NCBI GenBank assembly: GCA_051294375.1
Contig: CM119270.1
Coordinates: 260,713 to 324,712, forward strand
Length of the DNA stretch: 64,000 bases
Direction: 5' to 3'
Origin: Paraspadella gotoi
Lineage: Eukaryota > Animalia > Chaetognatha
Shown: positions 26,434 through 38,010 of the stretch, in pieces
Layout: every line of letters begins with the position of its first letter
Numbering within the stretch: position 1 is the stretch's first letter
The notes under the pieces: generated by a model
Told to the model about the DNA's origin: nothing
Database searches by the model: none
What the model saw: only the letters and a program-made list of their open reading frames with translations
Made by a program: the position numbers and the translations under genes

Positions 26434-29274
26434 TCTTCCTCCCCCACTTCCTCTTCCTCTTCTTCCTCTTCTCCCTCTCCCCTCTTCCTCCCTCTCGTCA
26501 TCCAGCCCGCCAAAATGACCGACGACGCGACCAGCAAACTGCCCGACACCAAGACGACGCTCTCGTAAATGCCCGACGCGTCGGCTAGCCATCCAGCGAA
26601 GGGAGGGACGCAAAAGATCATGATACCCGCTACAAGACCGATCACGCCCGACGTCCGGTGGAGTAGGGCTGACCCGAAATTGTCGGTCAGGACGGACCAA
26701 TAGAGGGCAGCCCAAACACCGCGGCAAACGCCAAAGAGACTGCCGGTCAGAGCGAGTTGCTGTGAAAGGGGNNNNNNNNNNNNNNNNNNNNNNNNNNNNN
26801 NNNNNNNNNNNNNNNNNNNNNNNNNNNNNNNNNNNNNNNNNNNNNNNNNNNNNNNNNNNNNNNNNNNNNNNNNNNNNNNNNNNNNNNNNNNNNNNNNNNN
26901 NNNNNNNNNNNNNNNNNNNNNNNNNNNNNNNNNNNNNNNNNNNNNNNNNNNNNNNNNNNNNNNNNNNNNNNNNNNNNNNNNNNNNNNNNNNNNNNNNNNN
27001 NNNNNNNNNNNNNNNNNNNNNNNNNNNNNNNNNNNNNNNNNNNNNNNNNNNNNNNNNNNNNNNNNNNNNNNNNNNNNNNNNNNNNNNNNNNNNNNNNNNN
27101 NNNNNNNNNNNNNNNNNNNNNNNNNNNNNNNNNNNNNNNNNNNNNNNNNNNNNNNNNNNNNNNNNNNNNNNNNNNNNNNNNNNNNNNNNNNNNNNNNNNN
27201 NNNNNNNNNNNNNNNNNNNNNNNNNNNNNNNNNNNNNNNNNNNNNNNNNNNNNNNNNNNNNNNNNNNNNNNNNNNNNNNNNNNNNNNNNNNNATCCCTGA
27301 AACCTAATCTTATAAAAAAAAATGTAGTAATTTAATAAGAAAATACAGCGAAACCGACAATTTGACCAAACTCTTAACTCGACTTACGTCAGATAAAGAA
27401 TGAAGGAAGATGACATTAAAATCTTTGATTCGACCGTTAAATGTCGGTTTCGTCGCCTTGACAACGGGGACGCATCTGTCGGCTTCGTCCCTGACATTGT
27501 CGGCTTCGTCGTCGTCTTCGTCGCTGACATTGTCGGCATCGTCGTCGTTGTTGTTGTCGTTGTTTTCTTCAAAAATGAATCTTTTAGTAAAAGTTTGTAT
27601 CCTCCTCCTCCTCTTCCTCCTCCTCTCTCGCTCCTCCCCTCCCTTTCTCCTCTTCCCCCCATCGTCATGGCAACGGGACATATCTGCAGCATCGCTCCAG
27701 CGGCTAACATCAAAGCTCCTCTCCATCCAAACTCCAGCCGCAGCCACTCTGCCGCTACTGGAGCGGCCATGCTTCCCAGGGTGCAGCCGGCCTCAGCCAC
27801 GGCGAAGGCGGCGGCTCTGTTCCGCGCGGGGCTCTCGTCGGCCACGTGGACGAAGCCGGGGGCGTAAACGGCCGAAGCGCCGGCGAAGGCCACGACGCCG
27901 GCGAGGAGAAAGAGCGCCGCTAGATGAGGGGCGAATGACGCCGCGAAGAGAGAAATTGAGGCGAGAAGAGCGCCGGAAAATATGACCTGATGATGGAAGT
28001 GTGGAACCGGGAATTTCAATATGTTCACCCCGCCGTTCACTTTCAGTTTTCACAGATCATTTCACGCAATGAGTTCCACGTTTTCTCACCCATCAATCTT
28101 TTGGAAATCATTTTTTCAGAAATTCCACTCGCAAGCAAATCATTTCTTCAAAGTTTTCTTCTACCCCGGATCACACTAACTCAATGACTTTCACAAGGAN
28201 NNNNNNNNNNNNNNNNNNNNNNNNNNNNNNNNNNNNTCTCACATTTAATGATCACGGCCAGCTACACCTCACATTGCTCCCTCTCCTTCTCTCTCATCAC
28301 ATCTCTCTCTCTCTTTCTCTCTCTGTCTCTCCTCTCCTCTCTCTCTCTCGTCTCTCTCTCACCTTTCGGGTTCGAATAGCTGACGAGTAGAAGTAGCCAT
28401 CGAAAATGGAGCAGCGAGATATTTATCATCGCGTAAGCAGAAGACGTGATCCAAGATGTTAAGGCTTTTGAGCTTCCGAATTCTCGCTGAGTTAAGAATC
28501 TCATGTTTGTATAGAGAGACATATTTTCGAGGTTTAATTAAATAGATTTAAATTTTATTTTATTTGATAAATATAAAAGTTAAGTATTGTGGCGGAATAT
28601 ACCGCCACAGTATTAAATATTCCCACGAGGACGACGCCATAAGCCTCGCTAAGCCGTGATCCGCCTCCACACGATTTAACCCAGCTCAGGGTTTTTCCCG
28701 AGTCAATATAACCTTTGTTTATATTTCCTCTTATCCTCTACCCTACTGATCAAGTAGACAGTTCCAACTCCGAGCTGGATCTCCAGGTCACCAGTATTCT
28801 AATTTAAAAAAATAATCTTATGAATTTTTTGTTGTTCATTTTTTTTTCGGTTTATTTATATTCCGACTTTCTATTGCAAATAAATAATTAAATTCAATTT
28901 GGATAACATTTTGTTAACAGTTAACCGATTGTTTCGAAATGTACTGTTGTATGTAAATTAATTTTGTGCATGTTCCTGGCTAATGTACTCACTTGGATCT
29001 ACTTAGTACGAATTGTTGTTTTTTTTCGTGGGAAAAAATAAACTAAAATTGTATGTTAAAACGGCTTGCCTCTTTCAATGAAATTAAATTATTAAATTAA
29101 ATATCAGGTAATTCAATCGTCATATTCTATATTTTATATTTCGAAAATATTCTCCCCTGCCAATCGACGAAAAAGAGAGACAAGCAGCTTGCAACGCCGA
29201 AAACGACGCCGTTGTTCCAAGCGGACGCCGCGCAAGAGGACCAAGCTCGCGTTCGCCATTTAACGCCGGTCGAT

Positions 29275-29312
<38 letters not shown>

Positions 29313-29411
29313 TGACGATTTCTCGACGCCGGAAGGAGTCGTGGCGCCGACGTTGACCGGATCAGTGACCCGACGGGTCAGAGGCGGCGTTGTCAAGGAA
29401 ACGGAGGGCAT
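26370..29411 (-). CDS. Monocarboxylate transporter (SLC16/MCT-like, MFS), spliced, with gaps and frameshifts
   Basis: Exons ~29157-29411, 28363-28486, 27388-27986, [gap 26772-27292], 26370-26759. MCT-like motifs: WQ|REFGSSKALTSWITS, VIFSGALLASISLFAASFA, FGWRGALM, PPFAGWLADASGIYE. Confidence 0.85.
26772..27292. other. Largest assembly gap (others near 3713, 5966, 14690, 15191, 28200, 32215, 46215)
   Basis: Runs of N. Confidence 1.
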
Positions 29412-30119
29412 TGTCACGTGACCTGTCAGTTTTGATTTATTTTTAATTTATTATTTTTTTAATTTTTGTCTTTTGGGTGAAAAATTTAATCGAGGGAGAG
29501 AGAGAGAGAGATTTCGCCAAAGACTCAAGACAAGTTCGCGAGGTGGTGAGGGTAAAGTCCCCTAAAGTGAGAGAGAGAGAGAGACTTGACAAAGAAAATG
29601 ATACGTAGTGAAATTTTAAGTTGTGAAATTACGTAAGTTAATTTTCGTTTTTATTTAATTTTTCTTTTGTTTTTTTTCTCGTTCATCTTTATATTTTGTC
29701 TTTCTTTCTTTCTTTCTTTCTTTTTTTCTTTCTTTCTTTCTATCTTTCAATCTTTCAATCTGTATTTCTCTTTCTCATTTTATTTTTTGTATCTTTCTTT
29801 CTCTCTTTCTCCCTTTACATACTTACTTTATTTTTTGCAAAATTTTTTGCCAAATTACAATAAATTACAATAATACCTTTAAAAGTCCGGCCTTTTTTTG
29901 TCGTCGCTTCATAAAATTAAAAGGGTAAACATGAGAGAATAAATCATAGTAGATGAAAGGAATCCCAAGTGATAAAAATTAGCGACAAAAATTTTCACAT
30001 CCGCATTTATGACATTATAAGTTTCAACTTTAATTTTGCTCGAGTTGTATTATATTTTTTTCCATGTCATTCAGTTTTGACCTTAAAGGGTTTCTGCATA
30101 GATATAAATTTACTGAAAG

Positions 30120-30560
30120 ATTATCATCATCATGATCATCACATCATCAGTTATCATCAATCGTCACATCATCATCAATCATGCATCATTATCACCAATA
30201 ATCACTAGTTGTTTGTCATCTTCATCATCACAATAATAATCATCACTGTCATCGTCATCAACATCATCAATGTTTTTGTCATCCTCATCATCACAATAAT
30301 AATCATCATCGTCATCATCATCGGTATCATCATCGTTATCATAATCATAATCTTCATCATCATCATCATCTCATCATCACCATCATCACTGTTTTTGTCA
30401 TCTTCATCATCACAATAATAATCATTAGCGTCATCATCATCGCTATTATCATCATCGTTTTCATAATCATCATCTTCATCATCATCATCATAATCATCAT
30501 CTTCATCATCATCATCAAAATGATCATCTCATCATCATCATCATCATCATCATCATGACC
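30120..30560. repeat. (TCA)n-like trinucleotide microsatellite
   Basis: Read directly from the sequence. Confidence 0.95.
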
Positions 30561-31774
30561 GTCATAATTTTCCTTTGTGATCACGTGACCCCATTACAAA
30601 CTGTCACGTGACCTAAAAGATCACATGAACTCGGAATCACGTGAAAATTTAGGTTAAATTATTATCAGGTTAAGCATTCACGAGTTTACTACGTGATAGC
30701 TTAAGGTCAAATCTTTCTCGTCGTAAAAAAAGATTTTAACCCCAAAAAAACTATATTTTCGTTTTTACTTTTTCAATTGTAAGAAAATGAAGAGTGCGTG
30801 TTGAAAGGGCAAGAGAGAGAGAGTAGAGAGAGAGAGAGAGAGAGATGGAGGAGAGCAAGAGAGAGGGAGAAGGCAGTAGAGAGGAGAGAGAGAGGAAGAG
30901 AGAGAGAGAGAGAAGAGAGGAGAGAGAGATAGAGAGAGAGGAGAGAGAGAGAGAGAAGGAGAGAGAGAGAGAGGAGAGACGAGAGAGAGGAGGGAGCAGA
31001 GAGAGAAGAGAGAGAGAGAGAGGAAGGGAGAGAGAGAGAGAATTTTTTCATTAATGAGGAAAACAAATTGTAACGTTTGGAATACATTGATATCACATTG
31101 AAATCACATTGCTATTGACATGACATTGACATGACATTGACATGACATTATTATTGACACGACATTGATATTGATATTGACATAGACATTGCATAGGCAA
31201 AGAGAAATCATAAACCCTCTTGAGTCTTATTGCTAGATATGTAGACTGATAGAGTCTTGATCGAAAGCTTGGGCAAAAAAAATCTCGCAAACCCACTAGG
31301 CATACTAAGTGTGGGAGCTATGCACACCGTTCTATTAATTAGATCCAAATTTCCGAAAAGAGAAACCATTTTCTACAATTAGCAAAGTCGAAATGCCCCT
31401 CATGTTGAGCGATATAAAGTTCATAGATATTTATAATTTTATTCCAACACGTTGACAAACCTTAGAGCAAAAAAAAAAAAAAGAGTTGGGGCATGAAAAG
31501 GTTTATGAAGACGTTTAATAACGCCAAACCAAGTTGTCCTTTCATCAACCGCATTTTTCTTTTCATAATAAATACAATGAGAAGAACTGGAATGAAATCC
31601 GGCATCAGAAGGCAAACGAACCACCCGAACCCACTGAAAAGCGGTTCATTGCGTTGCTGCTCTGAACGGTAACTCGTTTTTGCTGATGAGACTAACTGGA
31701 CGGGAAAAACTGAACATGTGACCAAGTATTTAGATGATGATAGGAGCTGATCTGAGTCTAAGACTACGATCCGT

Positions 31775-31915
31775 ATCTTCTTTGCACGCCTCAGCAGATA
31801 TGGAACGGGTCCTGGGCTTGGAACCAGGCTTGAGGATGGGATTGAAACCCGGTACCTAGTGGTCATGAGCTGATGGCTTCACTCAACGAGATTAAAAAAC
31901 GGTAGGGTCATGCCA
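31775..31915 (-). mobile_element. Family A repeat with internal deletion
   Basis: GGGTCCTGGGCTTGGAACCAGGCTTGAG joined directly to GGGATTGAAACCCGGTACC...GGTCATGAGCTGATGGC. Confidence 0.8.
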
Positions 31916-32054
31916 CAGTATTATCTTGCAAGTTTTGTTAGTTTATTTATTAATTAAATGGAAAATTTTATAATGTGTGTACCAATTTAATATAATAACA
32001 AAAAACTGAAAACAAAATTTAAAAAAAAATTGACACGAGGATTCTTTCTTTCTT

Positions 32055-32093
<39 letters not shown>

Positions 32094-32762
32094 CACTGAA
32101 ATTACACTGAAACAGGACACTCAAAATGACAACTTTAAAAGTTTAACACACATATTACTCCACACACAAACTCGAAAACTTTAAGCGACGAACGGTAAAT
32201 TACTGGATTATACTNNNNNNNNNNNNNNNNNNNNNNNNNNNNNNNNNNNNNNNNNNNNNNNNNNNNNNNNNNNNNNNNNNNNNNNNNNNNNNNNNNNNNN
32301 NNNNNNNNNNNNNNNNNNNNNNNNNNNNNNNNNNNNNNNNNNNNNNNNNNNNNNNNNNNNNNNNNNNNNNNNNNNNNNNNNTCTCTCTCTCTCTCTCTCT
32401 CGTCTTTCTGTTCGTCGAACATAAAAAGACTAAAAAATAAAATCAATAATCTTCTTTATTTTTTTCTTCTTTATTCTTCTCCTCTTTTTTTTCGATCGAT
32501 GCCAAAATAATCTTTTAAAAATAATCTTAAACGCCCGGTTTTTAAAAAACAAATTAAAAAACTAAACTAACAAAATTACTAAACTTACGCACACAAAACA
32601 GAAAATATCTTGTTCGGGAATTCTAATCATAAACTCGTGACATGAGATGACAGAAAAAGATTTGACAGTCTGTCATCGAGATTCGAGTTGTTTGTCGTTC
32701 CTCAAAAAATCTAAACTTCTTCCTGTCAAAAAAACAACTCTGTCCACAGTGTATCATCAAAT

Positions 32763-34630
32763 ATGGAGGAAAATAACGAGAGGTAAAACGACGTCACAGT
32801 GGTTTTAAATTTACCTGTCGATTGAAAGAATTATTACGTTGCAAATTAGTTATCAATAAATTTAGGTATAAATATATTTAAAAAATGGCCCGCTTTATCT
32901 TAAATTTGGAATTGACCGGTCGATCGGTATAGACCGGTTGGTGGTTATAACCGGTCGGTCGGTATTGACGGGTCGGTCGGTATTGACCCAAACAATGATA
33001 CAGTAGCATTGTTCGCTCGATCGTTCACTCGATTTTTAACTCAATCGTTCGCTCGATCGTTCGCTTAATCGTTCGCTTAATCGTTCATTAAACAATTGTT
33101 CAGTGCCGCCGCCGCCGCCGCCGCCGCTGCCCCTGAGGACCGCGCCGACCCTGAGGACGACGCCGCCACTCAATCGACGCCGCTACCCGACGCCGCTTCA
33201 ATTCAAACGACGGACGACAAATCGACGCCGAATTTAGAGGAGCAAGAGACCGAATCTCCTGTCGCCGCTTCTCCTGCTCCAGTAGCCAATTCTTCCGCTC
33301 CACTCGCCTTTCCTACAACATCAACGGACGCTACAGTATCAACAGAGCCAACAGGCATTACTTCAGCTGCTGGAGCCGACCCAGCAGCTCCTTTGGAAGG
33401 AGCAACTGCTCCAAAAGAGGACTCTGTAACAGCAGCAGCCGCTATTCTCGCTCCAGCAAGCCCCGTTTCCGCTCTTCAAGGTCCAGCGAAGAACACCAAG
33501 TACCCCAGCGCAGGAGCCGGGCGATCCGCTTTGCTGGAGCGACGCCTCTCCCGTGGAGTTCCTAAATATTTTGACTCTGGGGATTACAATCTGGCCAAGG
33601 CTGCAAGGGATCCCAGGAACAAGAAGGTGAGAAGAACAAGAGATATAATGAACAAAAAGGTTATGAGAAAAAGAGATCTAATGAACAAAAAGGTGAGAAG
33701 AACAAGGGTTATAGGAACAAGAAGGTGAGAAGAACAAGAGAACTAATGAACAAAAATGTTTTGAGGATAAGAGATCTAATGAACAAAAAAGTGAGAAGAA
33801 CAAGAGATCTTAGGAACAAGAAGGTGAAGGAACAAAATAACTTAGGAATAAAAAGGTTGAAAAAACAAAAGATCTAATGAACAGAAAAGTTGAAGAACAA
33901 GATAAATTATGAAAAAAAAAGATTGAGAGAACAAGAGATCTAATGAACAAAAAGGTGAAGGAACAAAAGAACTCAGGAACAAAAAGGTTGAAATAACAAA
34001 AGATCTAATGAACACAAAGGTTGAGAAAACAAGAGATCTAAAGAACAAGTTATTCTCAGAAAAAAAATTTAAAAACATCAACTTCGTAAGCATAATTATT
34101 TATAAACCGAAAAAGTTTGATAATTTTCGAAAGGGATAGTTCGCAGGGCAGGGTTTAAGTGTGTTATTGTCATATAAGGCGCTGACACACACTGACCCTC
34201 CTTAGTCTTTAATGTGCAAGATAGCTCATTTATTAAATGAAGGGATAATTTTTTCATATTTTCATATTTTTCATAGCTAATGTTAAAAGATTATTACAAA
34301 AATACAAATGATAAAAATCCTCTCATCTCTAAATCTCTTTCTCAGCCAATCGACCTCACGTATCCAGCTTCTCTTCGCGACAAGTCGCCCTCCGCTTCTT
34401 CCTCCACGCCCTCGGCAACCCCATCCCCCGACCCGCCCGCCAAGGCCACCCCTAACCCGCTCGTGCCCGAGACGGTTCCTCCAACGGCCTCCGTGCCCGA
34501 TGGGTCATCCACGACCGCGACGGCTCCTCGGCCGCCCTCGTCGATCGCTTTGCAACATCGTCGCCTTTCGCGTCAAAGATCCAAACTCGTTGATGACGGA
34601 GAGTTTGGGGTGGAGACGATGAAGGCTTGA
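32763..34630 (+). CDS. ENSA: Endosulfine / ARPP-19 family PP2A-B55 inhibitor
   Basis: Exons 32763-32782, 33104-33626 and 34346-34630 are phase-compatible with GT/AG. Signature KYP...LLERRLSRGVPKYFDSGDYNLAKA; C-terminal RRLSRQRSKL. Confidence 0.9.
33615..34050 (+). repeat. ~33-bp minisatellite starting at the ENSA exon 2 donor
   Basis: Unit ~AACAAAAAGGTGAGAAGAACAAGAGATCTAATG, about 13 copies. Confidence 0.9.
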
Positions 34631-34949
34631 AGGGGAGTTGGGGGGAGACAGGTGCAATGGGAGGTGCAAGGGGGAGATGCTGTGGATACTGGATAGGTAC
34701 TTCGGCAGGTGCATGCGGAAATTGTGAGAGTGGCAAGCGAAAATATCAAGTAGAAGGGAGATGCCAACGCAGGTGCAAGTAGTAGCTGGGGGAGGTGCAA
34801 GGAGATGCTGGGGGAGGTGCAAGGAGATACTGGGGGAGGTGCAAGATTCTGGAGGAGGTGCGAACGTTTAAAAGGGAGCAGATGCAAACAGAATGGCGAG
34901 ACGAATAAGATATTAGCTTAATTGGATTCTAGATCGTAGACGGAAACAC

Positions 34950-35000
<51 letters not shown>

Positions 35001-35746
35001 AACGGAAAAAGACAGACGGACACGCGCAAATTTTTCATTTCCGATTAAAAATAATTATTAATTAAATTCTCAGTGCTTTACGCCCTAACGGAGTTTTTAG
35101 CAGAAGAAACAATTGAATGTCTCGCCTCCTCTTGGTTTGAGGTGTTTAATTTAAAAATATCTATGTACTCTCGTTCTATACTAATTAATTGCCTATATGA
35201 AGTGTTAATGGACGCCCTTTGTGTGAGATTCGTCTTTATTAATGCGATGAATAATAAAAGAATAACAGTTGTTAACTAAACAATGCGTGTTTTTCAATGA
35301 TAAATAAAAAAAATCTTTAAAAGTAGTCAGCACGATGTAACAAAAAATGGAAAGAAAAGGTAGAACTAAATTACTCTATTATGCCTAAGAGTATTACTAC
35401 TAGTAGTACTACGATTATTACTACTAGTAGTACTACGAGTATTACTACAACTACAAGTAGTACTATTAGTATTACTACTAATAGTACTAGTAACTAAATT
35501 AAACAAAACAGGAATTTCTTTTTTACCAAATCGAAGTAAGAATTTTTTGCGCAAATTGCATAAAATGAAAAGTTTCAGCGAATATAAAAACAACAATTCA
35601 TCAATAAAATAAATTTTTTAGGTAATGATTTTAATCAATTTACTAAAATTTATTGCAAAAAAATAGTTTGTTAATAACGAAAGATAAATTTGTATTTTCT
35701 TTTTTTTTTCTTCTTTCCTTCTTTCTCTTTCATTCTGGGCAATCGG

Positions 35747-35816
<70 letters not shown>

Positions 35817-35817
<1 letters not shown>

Positions 35818-37937
35818 TACCTCTCCTTCCCATACCCCGGATAGAACATCTCCAGCAACCCTCCCAATCTCTCATCCACTTCTCCATCAAACTCTTTCCC
35901 TAAATAAAACCTACACATCGGACACCCGAATGCCTCAGCATCGAACGCCCGCCGCAGACACCCGCGGCAGACGAGATGTCCGCAAGGCGTCCTCACGGGC
36001 TTCGCCAAGAGATCCAGACAGACCACGCAATTGAAGAGACGCTGGACGGCGTCGAGAAAGGAGCGCCGGCCCGAAGCGGCGCCGGCGGCGAGGGCTTCGT
36101 TCCACGAGGCGGCGTTGTGGCGGTCGGCGGCGATTTTGGCGCCGACGGTGGCGGTTGGGTGGAAGGGTGAGGTTTTTGTGGGTAAGGACTTAAGGGGAGG
36201 AAGGGGAGAAAGTGTATGGGTAGGTTAATTAGTTATTAGATTATGAAATTGATACAACCAATATATAAATTATCCATTCATTTAATAAACAAGCTTTCTT
36301 GCCCCTGATTTGGGACAGGCTTTGGTGGTTTAAGGCCTCCATCACTCTGACAAGATAATGACATAGCAGGTCCCTTCAAACTTTCAATCAAGACTCTCTC
36401 ACAGTCTCATTTATTCTCTCCCAGAGAACATGGCTTCCCTAACAAAGATGTGGTACAATACTTCAAAGAATGTTTCTATTGAATAACGGGTCACTCACTT
36501 ATGTGATGCGTCACTTATGAAAACTAAAAATTGATGAAATTTTAAAGATTTTATCCAACTAAGTCCCTATTTTTTATTTTTAATAGTTATACAAAGAGTT
36601 AATTATTAAATAAAGATTATATTATTAATCCATTTTTCTTTATCTTTTTAACCTTTAAATTCCTTGGGCACCATTTTCTGAAAACGCCCGTTTTCTGTTC
36701 TTACTTTTACTATCCCTATCCCTAACCTACTAACATAATCTTTAAACTTAAAGATTTAATTCTTAATTGATATTGAAATAGTATAATTTTAGAAAATAAA
36801 GCTACCCTATTCTTTACCCCCTTTCCCTCTACCCCTATGCCCTTCCTTACCCCTTTCTTCTCTCCCCACCCTTCGGGGTATTCCATCGATAGTCCCAATT
36901 CCTTTATTCTTTTATTTCCTTTTGTTGTCCAAGGGGCAGAGGAGGCATCGTCTCTTTTTAACTCGAATCTCCAAACGCGAAATCCAAAGCGACTTAATTC
37001 GGGCCAATAGCGGGTCACCCGGTAGATCCCGTCATATCTGAAAAAGTGAATAAAAATTTACTAGTTTTGGTATCTTGAACTTGATCCTAAACCTTTAACC
37101 TTATCTTTAAATTAAAAAAAATTAATTCAATTCCGAATTTAAGATAAAATGGGGCATTCTGGGAAAATAATGCCCCCCCCCGTCCTTTACAATTCTCGCC
37201 TTTACCTGAACCCTTCCTTGGGCGCGAACTTGGAATACTTTCTCGCTTTGTGTCCCCTACAGACCCGCACTGGCTTGCCCCTTCGCCAGTTGAGGGCTGA
37301 GGCGCCTTTGTGAGGGTCGACCGGAGCGGCACAGTTGCGGGCGAGGGCCAAGTTGAAGCCTGTCAGGGTCTGATCAAAAGTTTGAGGGGCGGTTCTTTTA
37401 AAAAGAGGAGGAGGAGGGGGAAGGGGTAAGAGGGGGAGGGAGGAAGAGGAGGAGGCGGGAAGGCGGAAGAGAAAGAGGAGGATGGATGAGAAAAAATCAA
37501 TATAGGAATCAATCAATCAATGAATATATGAATCAATCAATCATTAAAACAATCAATCAATCAAATCACCTCTTATTCCCCGTCTTCAAATCTTTCCCTC
37601 CACTTCCCGTAAAGACGAAAACGTCTCCTTCGTCAACATCGTCGTCGTATCCCCCAGCGAGGACGAGCGATTGCGCTCCAGTAGAGCTGGAGCCGGACAC
37701 TCCACTAACGGGGGGGCGGTGGACTCCGGCTTCGGAGACTTGGATACGGTAGACCCAGGAGGAGCCGACTTCGACGCCTTGGAGGGAGACGGAGAGGGAG
37801 AGGGAGAGGAAGGGAACGATGGGAGGGAGAAGAGAGGAGGGAGGGGAGAGGGATAAGGGGGAAAGAGGTAGGGAGAGAGACAGGGTGGGAGAGAGGGAAA
37901 GAGGAGAGAGAGAGTGAATGGCGAGAGAGAGAGACAG

Positions 37938-38010
<73 letters not shown>

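Noticed and set aside
27400-27985. Plus-strand ORFs over the MCT gene, and similar antisense ORFs over UHRF1 and NPDC1
   Set aside because: They are shadows of GC-rich coding exons on the opposite strand.
31683-31710. Hammerhead-like CTGATGAG...GAAA
   Set aside because: No stem II or stem III pairing could be built; the other CTGANGA hits I checked also failed.
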